64,000 nucleotides of DNA from contig JBCDGU010000014.1 of the NCBI GenBank assembly GCA_038750875.1, positions 7,776 to 71,775 on the forward strand, in the 5' to 3' direction. Below, in pieces: positions 1-8,207 of this stretch. The notes below the pieces were generated by a model. The model was given only the letters and a program-made list of their open reading frames with translations, was not told the origin of the DNA and made no database searches. This DNA comes from Pseudomonadota bacterium (GTDB lineage Bacteria; Pseudomonadota; Gammaproteobacteria; Pseudomonadales; Halieaceae). The translations under genes were made by a program, and so were the position numbers. Position 1 is the stretch's first letter. Each line of letters begins with the position of its first letter.

Positions 1-256
1 GCAAAACGTCGTCTGAAGCAGTGCCGGGTGTGAGGAATGTGATCGCTGTGTTTTCGTAGCTGGGGTTATCCAGACCGGTCCTCTCGAGGAGGCCCTGAAC
101 ACTGCCCGGCTGTCCTCCGTTCTGACTAGTGGTGAACGTGGGTGTACCATCCGGCTGGTAATGAATGATGCTGGCTGATGCCGGGCTGCCGCTAGACAGG
201 GTGATTACTGACCAGCTTATCGCCGCAACGGCTCGCTTCATGAACGCAAGACGCAT
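1..256 (-). CDS. Secreted hypothetical protein, N-terminal part only (gene continues past the left edge)
   Basis: Not in the ORF track because there is no stop in the window. My reverse-complement translation from the ATG at 256 gives 85 stop-free codons (MRLAFMKRAVAAISWSVITLSSGSPASASIIHYQPDG...). The N-terminus looks like a signal peptide. GAGGG lies 6 nt upstream of the ATG. Confidence 0.5.
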   Translation of the reverse strand, partial: MRLAFMKRAVAAISWSVITLSSGSPASASIIHYQPDGTPTFTTSQNGGQPGSVQGLLERTGLDNPSYENTAITFLTPGTASDDVL

Positions 257-739
257 ATGTATCCCTCTAGTCGGCTTCCGGCCTCTGCAGTAGCTCTTTG
301 CTACTTGCAGAGCTCCCACCGGAAGCGGTTTCGCTCACTCTGGACTTGCTCGCCGCCTCTACTACTGGATATCTCGGGCAGTGCAGATTCGGTTATTTTT
401 TGATCAATTGGTGTCTAATCGGGAAATCTAAATTAAGCTAATAAAATCAATGGGATGCTCGATACACGAAAAGCAGAGTATGAGTAAATGAAAGAGTTTG
501 CTGAGAGATACTGAAAGAGTTGAAGTGCGCTTTGCGCCGATTGGGCATTGTGGGTCTAGGATCGCGGTGAGGCTCAATAAGTCTTTTAAAAACAGGCGCT
601 TAACTATGCAGATGGACGGCCACGCCCATCCGCCTTTTAGCCTGATATCGCGTTGAGTGCCGCAGTGTGAATTTTCACGGGCAGTGTAGCGATGGGTTCA
701 TTCGCGACGACCGCAATCGGCATCAATACAATTGCTAGT

Positions 740-3259
740 CTAGAGCCGCGCTGCGATACCTCGCAGCGTATCGGCCATTGCCGCGCTCTGGGGAAGGGAT
801 TTCGCCAACACCGAGGCTGCCATCGTGTTGAGAACCTCGGAAAGTTCCCCGTCGGCGCTATCCTCTTTTAGCGCCTGGTCAGCAGCGGTGATCACGTCCC
901 GTAGGGCACCCGCCATTTCTGCGCTCAGCGCTTCCGCTCGGTTCATCTGGTCCAGATATGCCAATGCGACCACAGGCTCGGCGGGCCAGGAAAACGGTAG
1001 CTGTTGCTGCGGATTGAACACCGCACCCTGATCCGCAAGGGCCGCGGCCGCGATTTCGTTCTCCGTGAGGAACTCACTGGGCTCAAGGGCAAAGACATCC
1101 ATGCCCCGCGCGATCTCGGTTCCGTATATCCGACCGTCATACCAGTACGTCGACCAATAGCCGCCCAGTACAAGAACGTCTTCATGAATCGGACCCCGAT
1201 CAAAGTAGGCGATCTCCACCGGATTCGAAGAGTCCGTGAAATCGATCAGCGACAGCCCCCCCTGGTACCACGCCTGAGCGAATATATCGCGGCCCGGTAC
1301 GGGCACGACGGATCCGTTGTGTGCCACGCAGTTTTCCTCTTCCACCTGCGGGGCGGGAATCTTGAAGTAACTCTGAAACTCAAGCTTCCCATCGACTATG
1401 TCGTAGATCGCATCAGCTCCCCAGTCGAGCGGGTCGTAGGTGCGACATCGGGGTCGACTACCGCCGCCCCACTCATCGGTGAAGAGCACCTTGGTTCCAT
1501 CGTTATTAAAGGTAGCGGAATGCCAGTATGCGAAGCCCTTGTCGCTGACTTCGTCGATGCGCACCGGATTCAGTGGGTCCGCGATATCGAAGATGATGCC
1601 ATTGCCCGAGCAAGCGCCCGCCGCGATGTCGAGGGAGGGGAAGACCGTGATGTCGTGACATTGATCCGTCACTTCCGTTTCTTGCGTGTCATCGCCGTGA
1701 TCACCGCCGCGCCACAGGCCCGCGATTTCGCCCGTTTCGGGATCGGCGAACACCGTTGGGCTGTGAACGACTCGCGATGCGCCGGGCTGCTCCACGGGAA
1801 TCTCGATCACGTCGATCCGGAACAACGCGGTTCGGCTGTCGCCGGGCGATTCATCGTAGCAGCCCGCGAGTTCCTCCGTATCACGGACGGAGGACGTGCC
1901 GGAGTTGTACACCACGATGCGTTCATCGTTCGCATCAACCACTGAATGGGTATGAGAGCCGCGGCAGGTTTGCACCTGACCTACCTGACGGACCTGCTGC
2001 AGGTCGCTAATGTCGAAGATGCGTAGGCCACGGAAGCGATCTTCACTCACGTCTTCGGTGATGCCCTGACGGCCACAATCGACGCGGCCACGGGTTTGTT
2101 CAACGGACATGATGAGCAGGTCGCCCACGATAGACACGTCGCCCTGACCACCGGGGCAAACCACGGAACTGAAGAGCTCGGGTACGCCATCTTCCATCAG
2201 TTTGTAAACGTTGAAACCGTGGTAACTGCCGGCGACAAGTACGTCATCAGCAAACGCCATATCCGTGTTCGAGAAGCTCAGCAGCGGAGAGCGTTCGCCC
2301 CATTCCGTGTCGTCGTTGCTTTGGTCGTCGTCTTCTCGATCAGCTTCCGCTTCAACGTCTGCCTCGGCGTCCTCTTCTTCTTCGTCTTGCGGCTTGATGG
2401 GCGGCAAGCCTGCAGGATTTGCAGGATCGTAAAAACCAGCGGGCTTGGGAAGCGAGGCTACCAGTCTCAGGTTGCTGACGGCCTCCTCAGCATCGGTAAA
2501 CCCTGCTTGCAGGCCCGCGCGTGGGTCGCTGGAAAGACCGACAAGAAGCACGTGCATTTGCTCAATCTCTGAGGTCTGGTCTTCGACGATGTCTGTTGTG
2601 AAGTCGAGCAGCACGGGGTCGTACGCCGACCCCGGTTGTTCGAGCAGGTCGTCGACCATGGTGATCGCGCCCTCGTGGTGGGCAATCATCAGGGTCAAAA
2701 AGAGACGATCGAACGCCGTGTCCTCAGCCTTGGCCAGTTCTGTCATCTGCTCCGGTGTCGCCATACCGGCCATGTCGTGAGACATATGCATCGCGTGATG
2801 CGCGGTCGGATCGGGTGCCGCCTCGCCGCGCTCGGCGAGCCACTCCTGCATGAACTTTATCTCGTCCGCCTGGGAGGCATCGATGCGCCCCGCAATCTCA
2901 ACGAGTTCCGGCGTATTGGTGCGCTTGCCGACCAGCGCCGCCATCTGCACTGCCTGGTTATGATGGGGAATCATGTCCTGCATGAAGCGCACATCGTCGG
3001 GGGAGTAGCTGCTCTTTGCGATCACCGAAGCCTCGTCCACAGAGAGCTGCTTCACGCCATCGCCCGGCGCGCCGGGCTGCATGATTGGGACCTGTGCATT
3101 CAAGGCGATTGAAAAAACGCAGATTGCGCTGCTCAGCGCAAGGACAGCGGGAACACGGATCACAGATCGATCTCCAGCAAAGGTATGGCCTGAGACGATA
3201 GCATAGGCTCGGCTAGTCTCTACCTGCTCCTGGGCTGGGTTTTTGGAACACGCCTTCAA
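740..3259 (-). CDS. DUF305 (ferritin-like, PHH motifs) fused through an acidic linker to an LVIVD-repeat beta-propeller; secreted
   Basis: 839-aa ORF. The N-terminal part has two DUF305-type halves (FMQDMIPHHNQAVQMA and LFLTLMIAHHEGAITM). The middle is an E/D-rich low-complexity stretch. The C-terminal part has LVIVD-like strands (GDVSIVGDLLIMS, LFRIDVIEI, GIIFDIADP). A GTG at 3163 preceded by GGAG gives a cleaner signal peptide (VIRVPAVLALSSAICVFSIALNAQ) and is probably the true start. Confidence 0.7.
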   Translation of the reverse strand: MKACSKNPAQEQVETSRAYAIVSGHTFAGDRSVIRVPAVLALSSAICVFSIALNAQVPIMQPGAPGDGVKQLSVDEASVIAKSSYSPDDVRFMQDMIPHHNQAVQMAALVGKRTNTPELVEIAGRIDASQADEIKFMQEWLAERGEAAPDPTAHHAMHMSHDMAGMATPEQMTELAKAEDTAFDRLFLTLMIAHHEGAITMVDDLLEQPGSAYDPVLLDFTTDIVEDQTSEIEQMHVLLVGLSSDPRAGLQAGFTDAEEAVSNLRLVASLPKPAGFYDPANPAGLPPIKPQDEEEEDAEADVEAEADREDDDQSNDDTEWGERSPLLSFSNTDMAFADDVLVAGSYHGFNVYKLMEDGVPELFSSVVCPGGQGDVSIVGDLLIMSVEQTRGRVDCGRQGITEDVSEDRFRGLRIFDISDLQQVRQVGQVQTCRGSHTHSVVDANDERIVVYNSGTSSVRDTEELAGCYDESPGDSRTALFRIDVIEIPVEQPGASRVVHSPTVFADPETGEIAGLWRGGDHGDDTQETEVTDQCHDITVFPSLDIAAGACSGNGIIFDIADPLNPVRIDEVSDKGFAYWHSATFNNDGTKVLFTDEWGGGSRPRCRTYDPLDWGADAIYDIVDGKLEFQSYFKIPAPQVEEENCVAHNGSVVPVPGRDIFAQAWYQGGLSLIDFTDSSNPVEIAYFDRGPIHEDVLVLGGYWSTYWYDGRIYGTEIARGMDVFALEPSEFLTENEIAAAALADQGAVFNPQQQLPFSWPAEPVVALAYLDQMNRAEALSAEMAGALRDVITAADQALKEDSADGELSEVLNTMAASVLAKSLPQSAAMADTLRGIAARL

Positions 3260-3280
3260 TGGCTACTGCCCAGAAAATGA

Positions 3281-3532
3281 GCAAAAGACCACCGTTGCCT
3301 CCGCGAAGCAGATCACGGCGTACGGCGCCTGCATCGCGAAGGGGATCGTTACCAGAGTCTGTTCGACGAGGTTCGTTATAGGCTGGCCAGAGCGCATCTG
3401 CTGGGCACCCTACGGCCGATCTCCGAGACCGCAAGCAATGTGGTTTTCAGCGACACCACAAACTTCCGATGCGCGTTCAAACGTTGGTTCGGTAGCAGGC
3501 CATCTGAGTTGCGCACACGGTCCTGCCGCTAG
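3281..3532 (+). pseudogene. C-terminal fragment of an AraC/XylS-family regulator (second HTH only)
   Basis: Hand translation of the frame ending at TAG 3530-3532 gives ...YQSLFDEVRYRLARAHLLGTLRPISETASNVVFSDTTNFRCAFKRWFGSRPSELRTRSCR*. This is the typical AraC C-terminus. The frame is closed by TGA at 3278 and has no N-terminal domain or start. The ORF track only shows a different frame here. Confidence 0.6.
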
Positions 3533-3714
3533 GCATGCGAGCTGATCACCGCCTTAGGCGTGGATGTCGATGATGCATCGTTGGAGTGGGAGTGGATGAC
3601 TAATGCGTGAAACGCCTCTTCCCCAATGTTCTTTTGTAGTACTCGCCATACCCCCAAGCACTAGGCTCGGCGGGAGTAAGCAACGCCGAACCGACAACAC
3701 CTACACATATAACC

Positions 3715-3737
3715 CGAGAACCCGAAGCTTCGGCTCG
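3715..3737 (-). terminator. Possible terminator hairpin after the SulP gene
   Basis: CGAG..CCGAAG/CTTCGG..CTCG palindrome 18 nt past the SulP stop. The T-tract is weak. Confidence 0.3.
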
Positions 3738-3754
3738 ACCGTCCGCCCCTCAAA

Positions 3755-5308
3755 CTACCAGGCTAGGCGGAAGAACTCGCGATAACTCTCTGGATTCTCA
3801 GCCGTGTGCCCCTCTGCAACGACCTTTATGTTGATGTTTCGCTGACGGGCCTTCTCTGCAAAGTCATCCAGAATCTCCACGACATCCTGATCGAGAAAGC
3901 GTGTACTGCGCACGTCCAAGACGACCGAAGAACCCGCTTCCAGTTCGTCAAGTTCAAGTAGGATTGCCGCCTTGTTAAAGAAGGTCACCTCTTCCGCCAG
4001 CGTCATCTTGATCTCGCCATTCTCTTCCTCTCTATGCAGAAAGTGGGAGTTCTTAAAGCTCTCGCGAAGAATCACAACCACGCTCACCGCGAGTCCCATG
4101 AAGATACCCAGGAGGAGATCTGTGAAAACTATACCCAGAACAGTCACGATAAACGGCACAAACTGTGTCCAGCCTAAAGAGTACATTTGCTTAAACAAGC
4201 TGGGCTTTGCCAGTTTATAACCGACCACGAACAGGATGGCTGCGAGAACCGACAACGGAATCATGTTGAGTAACCCGGGCACGACAAGCACGAACACCAG
4301 TAGCAGCACACCGTGGAGGATTGCGGATAGTTTAGTCGCGGCGCCGGATTGAATATTGGCCGAACTGCGAACGATGACCTGCGTAACCGGAAGGCCCCCA
4401 ATACACCCGGATAGTACATTCCCGGCCCCTTGCGCCAGCAACTCCCGGGTGGTGGGCGTCACTCGCTTTTGATCATCGAGCTTGTCAGTAGCCTCGACAC
4501 ACAGCAGTGTTTCCAGGCTAGCGACTACCGCAATTGTTACGGCCATGATCCAAACGCTTGCTTGGCTGATCGCTGAAAAGTCAGGAAACGCGAGAAGCTC
4601 CGTCACATTGCTGGTGATCGGTACGTTCACCAAATGCTCTGCCGATATACCGAGCCCCTCGCTGCCGCGGGTGACCAGGAAGTAGACAATGCCCGCGACA
4701 ACGGCAACCAACGGTCCCTGAATAAGCTGGAAAACTCTCGCACGTTTGGTCAACACCATCTCCCAAAGCAGCAAAATCGCCATCGCCAGACAGGCGATCA
4801 AGGTCGCTCCCAAGCTAATGTTGTCGATCGTACTGAAGAGCGCGGAGAAGGTATTTTCTCCGTCCACCTGAAAGAACGCGAAGTCGCCTTCCGGGTCGGT
4901 GTCATAACCAAAAAAGTGAGGAATCTGCTTCAGGACGATGATAATTCCGATGCCGGTTAGCATCCCCTTAATCACCGACGAGGGGAAATAGTAGCCAATG
5001 ACGCCCGCCTTCAAGACACCCAAACCGAGTTGGATAAATCCAGCAAGAACCACGCAAACGAGGAAATTTTCGTAACCTCCTACCTGCGTGATACCAGCGA
5101 GTACAATGGCTGCCAGGCCTGCAGCCGGGCCGGATACGCCAACCTGCGAGCCGCTCAAACTACCGACAACGATACCGCCAACAATCCCCGCGATAAGGCC
5201 CGAAATGAGCGGCGCGCCGCTGGCAAGCGCAATACCCAAACAGAGAGGTACGGCGACAAAGAACACGACGATACTCGCGGGTAAGTCGCTTTTTAAGTTG
5301 CTGAACAT
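3755..5308 (-). CDS. SulP-family anion transporter with C-terminal STAS domain (sulfate or bicarbonate type)
   Basis: 517 aa. The N-terminus is typical of SulP (LPASIVVFFVAVPLCLGIALASGAP...GLIAGIVGGIVVG). It has many TM segments and a STAS-like tail (VVLDVRSTRFLDQDVVEILDDF). Confidence 0.85.
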   Translation of the reverse strand: MFSNLKSDLPASIVVFFVAVPLCLGIALASGAPLISGLIAGIVGGIVVGSLSGSQVGVSGPAAGLAAIVLAGITQVGGYENFLVCVVLAGFIQLGLGVLKAGVIGYYFPSSVIKGMLTGIGIIIVLKQIPHFFGYDTDPEGDFAFFQVDGENTFSALFSTIDNISLGATLIACLAMAILLLWEMVLTKRARVFQLIQGPLVAVVAGIVYFLVTRGSEGLGISAEHLVNVPITSNVTELLAFPDFSAISQASVWIMAVTIAVVASLETLLCVEATDKLDDQKRVTPTTRELLAQGAGNVLSGCIGGLPVTQVIVRSSANIQSGAATKLSAILHGVLLLVFVLVVPGLLNMIPLSVLAAILFVVGYKLAKPSLFKQMYSLGWTQFVPFIVTVLGIVFTDLLLGIFMGLAVSVVVILRESFKNSHFLHREEENGEIKMTLAEEVTFFNKAAILLELDELEAGSSVVLDVRSTRFLDQDVVEILDDFAEKARQRNINIKVVAEGHTAENPESYREFFRLAW

Positions 5309-5445
5309 TTGATGGCTCCGTACCTCTCCCCGAAGGGTGGAACCTGGCGACCGCCAGGCAAATCGATGAGTAAGCGAAAGAGCTAGAGAGCTACGGCCGC
5401 TTTATGCAAGGCCATAGCTCAACGAGCTACGGGGTGGCTAGCGCC

Positions 5446-5922
5446 CTACGGTTGGTAGGGCAATGAGGAATGGTGGAGTACGATGCGGAGTACGCCGGCT
5501 TCGTCTTTTTTGTAACCCCAGCTTTTGTCCACTTTGGTCACGTTTCCGTCTTTGTCGGTGAATGTTACCCAACCCATCCACATCGCGACGTCTCCCTCAA
5601 TGAAGCTTGCGGAGGTTTCAGAGACCACGGATCGCCAACTCTTCAAGCCAAAACCGCCGTCGCCCGGGTACGCGTCGTTGTGGCCGACAAAGTACGACAA
5701 AGCGCCCTCTCGGGTTGGCCGAAAGGTCTGTTCGCCGCTGGCTAACGTTGGTTTAAACAGAACGGGACCGAGGTTATAGCCGTAAGCGCCGTCAAGCGCA
5801 TCGTTTGCAAGCTTGGTGGCCGCCTCGATACCTTCCTCGTCGAAGGCGGTTGAGATGCCTACTAGGGCATCACCCCAAATTTGACGCGCCTCAGACAGTT
5901 CCTGTTCGGTGATCGTGGACAT
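5446..5922 (-). CDS. NTF2/CaMKII-AD-fold protein resembling iota-class carbonic anhydrase (COG4337 type)
   Basis: 158 aa with a strong AAGGAG RBS. It contains LFKPTLA and a C-terminal VLHHSSLPY motif that I recall as characteristic of the iota-CA / COG4337 family. It lies directly upstream of, and co-directional with, the SulP gene. The assignment is from memory of the family and was not searched. Confidence 0.5.
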   Translation of the reverse strand: MSTITEQELSEARQIWGDALVGISTAFDEEGIEAATKLANDALDGAYGYNLGPVLFKPTLASGEQTFRPTREGALSYFVGHNDAYPGDGGFGLKSWRSVVSETSASFIEGDVAMWMGWVTFTDKDGNVTKVDKSWGYKKDEAGVLRIVLHHSSLPYQP

Positions 5923-6387
5923 TCTATTTCTCCTTGCTAGTTAATTGCGCTGCGGTGTTACCCAAGTAAAAGCGGCCGTACTGTCGCCCGCTGCCGAAAC
6001 TGATGTGGATGTCTGGCACGCAGCCGTGCTCACTTGGAAGGCGATGCTTCTCAAGAGACGGTGCCATTTAACTGGGTTTGCGTTCTTGCGACTAGGTACA
6101 TACGGATCGCAAAAAGATCTGGTTCGACTTTGAGTTAAGGTTACACCGATTAGCCATCGCCGGGGCGGTTATCGGACACCTAAAGACCCTATGCTGAGTA
6201 GGCGTACTCGCTGAGCCCGCGGCCGACAAATCGCAGCAGACGCTTTACTGGATTTGCGGCGCTACCAACGTTTCCATCTCTTGACCCCGCTGCTAGCTAG
6301 CCGGAGTTCTACGCGTCCTCTGGGCATGTGATCAAACTCAACCCCTCTTAAAAGAGGGGCCACCGATTGGGTGACCCTTCTAATAAT

Positions 6388-6718
6388 TGGTGGAGGCGGC
6401 GGGAGTTGCGCCTTCGTCGGCCTTGCGGCCGTCTTGGCAGACCTCGCTGCGCTCGGCCACCCGCGCCCTTTGGGCCCGGATTCAGTCTTTCACCAGTCAC
6501 AGCAAACGAAAAAAGGGGCGACTCTTGCGGGCCACCCATTGGGTCAGACGTCTATTCACTGGGGTAGGCGGCGGGAGTTGCGCCTTCGTCGGCCTTGCGG
6601 CCGTCTTGACAGACCTCGCTTCGCTCGGCCACCCGCGCCCTTTGGGCGCGGATTCAGCATCTTGCCAGACCCGTCAAACGCAAAAGGGGCAGCCCTTTCG
6701 GGCCACCCCTTTTTCGTT
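6388..6718 (-). repeat. Two tandem homologous units of about 160-175 bp, each ending in a copy of the tmRNA 3' terminal 21 nt
   Basis: Read on the minus strand, CAACTCCCGCCGCCTCCACCA recurs exactly at 6408-6388. It recurs with 2 mismatches (..CCTACCCCA) at 6580-6560. The roughly 80 nt before each copy are about 90% identical to each other by eye. Each copy is followed by a GC-rich hairpin and a T-tract. Confidence 0.85.
6682..6714 (-). terminator. Rho-independent terminator of ssrA
   Basis: The minus strand reads GGGGTGGCCC-GAAA-GGGCTGCCCC followed by TTTTG, starting 5 nt after the CCA end. Confidence 0.75.
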
Positions 6719-7076
6719 TGGTGGAGGCGGCGGGAGTTGAACCCGCGTCCGCCAGCACTCTGCCATTGGCTCTACATGCTTAGCTTCCGTTAATTAGTTT
6801 GACCGAAAGCAGCCCAACGGTCAGGACGCAATCAGCGAGCCTCGAAGTTTGTTTAACAGCTCAGTCCGAGACATACCTCGCTGCGATCCAGTTCTATATG
6901 ACAGTCAGTAGCGCGGGGCTGGCACCTTGCTAGAGACCGCTAACGGGGTTTATGCCGCTAGAGCGTAGTTGTCGTCGTTGGCAACTATAAGTTAACAGCT
7001 TTGGATTAACGTGATTGGCTGCCATCACGGCATGCACCGCAGGTTTCGTTACCGTCGTCGAATCCGTAACGCCCCC
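6719..7076 (-). ncRNA. ssrA: tmRNA (SsrA), one-piece, tag peptide ANDDNYALAA
   Basis: The 5' end is GGGGGCGTTACGGATTCGACG and the 3' end is GGACGCGGGTTCAACTCCCGCCGCCTCCACCA. The acceptor stem includes a G3-U pair. The tag reading frame GCC AAC GAC GAC AAC TAC GCT CTA GCG GCA TAA lies at 6982-6950. Confidence 0.95.
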
Positions 7077-7190
7077 AAATCGGACCGCATATACTACCAC
7101 ATCGGTCTGCTTCACTCTGCTTTGGGCTAGCTACGCTGTCTTTAGATATGCGGGCGCAGCGGCAAACAACAAGAAAATATCGGGGCATTT

Positions 7191-7622
7191 ATGGAAGACG
7201 TTGGATTGAACGGGTTAGCGGTGGTGGCCGCTGCGGTACTGGGTTTCGTCATCGGTGGTGTTTGGTACACACCGCTTCTGCTCGGAAAAGTCTGGATGCG
7301 TGAAGCCGGCCTCACGGAAGAGCAAATCAACGGCGGCAATCCTGCGGCCACGTTTGGAGCCGCATTTGTTGCTCTGCTGATTATGAGTTTCTGTTTGGCG
7401 AGCTTTATTCATTCGCCGGGGGCCGCGTCGATGGAGGGTTTCCATAATCTATCCCAACAGGGTGCCTTCTACGGCATGCTCACAGGCCTCGGTTGGATCA
7501 CCATGGCTTTCGTGGTGAACGACCGTTTTGAGCAGAGAAGCTGGAAGCTTACCGCCGTAAACTCGGGCTACTGGATTGTTACGATGACCGCGATGGGTGG
7601 TGTGCTGGGGGCTTGGCGCTAG
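7191..7622 (+). CDS. DUF1761 family membrane protein
   Basis: 143 aa with 4 predicted TM segments. The N-terminal motif GFVIGGVWYTPLLLGKVWM is typical of DUF1761. Confidence 0.7.
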   Translation: MEDVGLNGLAVVAAAVLGFVIGGVWYTPLLLGKVWMREAGLTEEQINGGNPAATFGAAFVALLIMSFCLASFIHSPGAASMEGFHNLSQQGAFYGMLTGLGWITMAFVVNDRFEQRSWKLTAVNSGYWIVTMTAMGGVLGAWR

Positions 7623-8158
7623 AAACCGCTGTTGGTCGCCAGGTACTCGAGTTCGTCCGCGGTGTTTTTGCGACCCAGTGCTGCATTCCGCCCCGGGTAG
7701 CGCCCAAACTGCGCAATCACTTTCATATGAGCATGTTCATAACGGAGCGGCTCGGGCCGGCCTAGTGCTTCAAACAGCCGAACGGCCTCTTTGTGCACGG
7801 TCAGGGATTCTGAGTGCATGTAGGGCATGTAGCTAAAGTAGCGCTGGTCACCGTTCATCTTGAGATGCGCGCCGCTTGAGACCGCTTCCTGCGCAAGTAC
7901 GAGCGCGACTCCATCGGCAGCAAATGCACGAGCGCTGTCTCGAAAGAGATTTCTGGAAAACTGGTCCAGCACGATGATCTCAGCACAGCGCCCGTCAGGT
8001 GTGGTTCTCCACTCCCAGCACTCGCCGCGAACGGCAGCTTCAAGGGTAGGAAGAAAACGCTCTCGACAGACTTCGTCGAAGGCCGCGGATTTCTTAAACC
8101 AGCGTTTGGGGCCCGCCTCCTCGAACCAGAAGTCGAGCACATCCTGATAACGTTGCAT
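7619..8158 (-). CDS. DUF924 family protein
   Basis: 179 aa. Motifs VLDFWF, VLDQFSRNLFR, YMPYMHSE and QFGRYPGRNAALGR match DUF924. Confidence 0.8.
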   Translation of the reverse strand: MQRYQDVLDFWFEEAGPKRWFKKSAAFDEVCRERFLPTLEAAVRGECWEWRTTPDGRCAEIIVLDQFSRNLFRDSARAFAADGVALVLAQEAVSSGAHLKMNGDQRYFSYMPYMHSESLTVHKEAVRLFEALGRPEPLRYEHAHMKVIAQFGRYPGRNAALGRKNTADELEYLATNSGF

Positions 8159-8207
8159 GGCGGCAGTGTAGCCCTCGCGTGCGCACGAGAGCTATAGAGC
8201 CTAAGTT

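Noticed and set aside
348-361. CGCCGCCTCTACTA resembles the tmRNA 3' end (CGCCGCCTCCACCA) and might be a distal att site
   Set aside because: It is in inverted orientation relative to ssrA, matches only about 12 of 14 nt and is GC-rich, so it is most likely chance.
6348-7351. Several ORFs of 60-140 aa on both strands (for example 6371-6793, 6387-6740, 6930-7115, 7015-7209)
   Set aside because: They overlie the tmRNA gene and the tmRNA-end tandem repeats. Their Arg/Gly/Pro-rich translations are what GC-rich structured RNA or repeat DNA gives in any frame.
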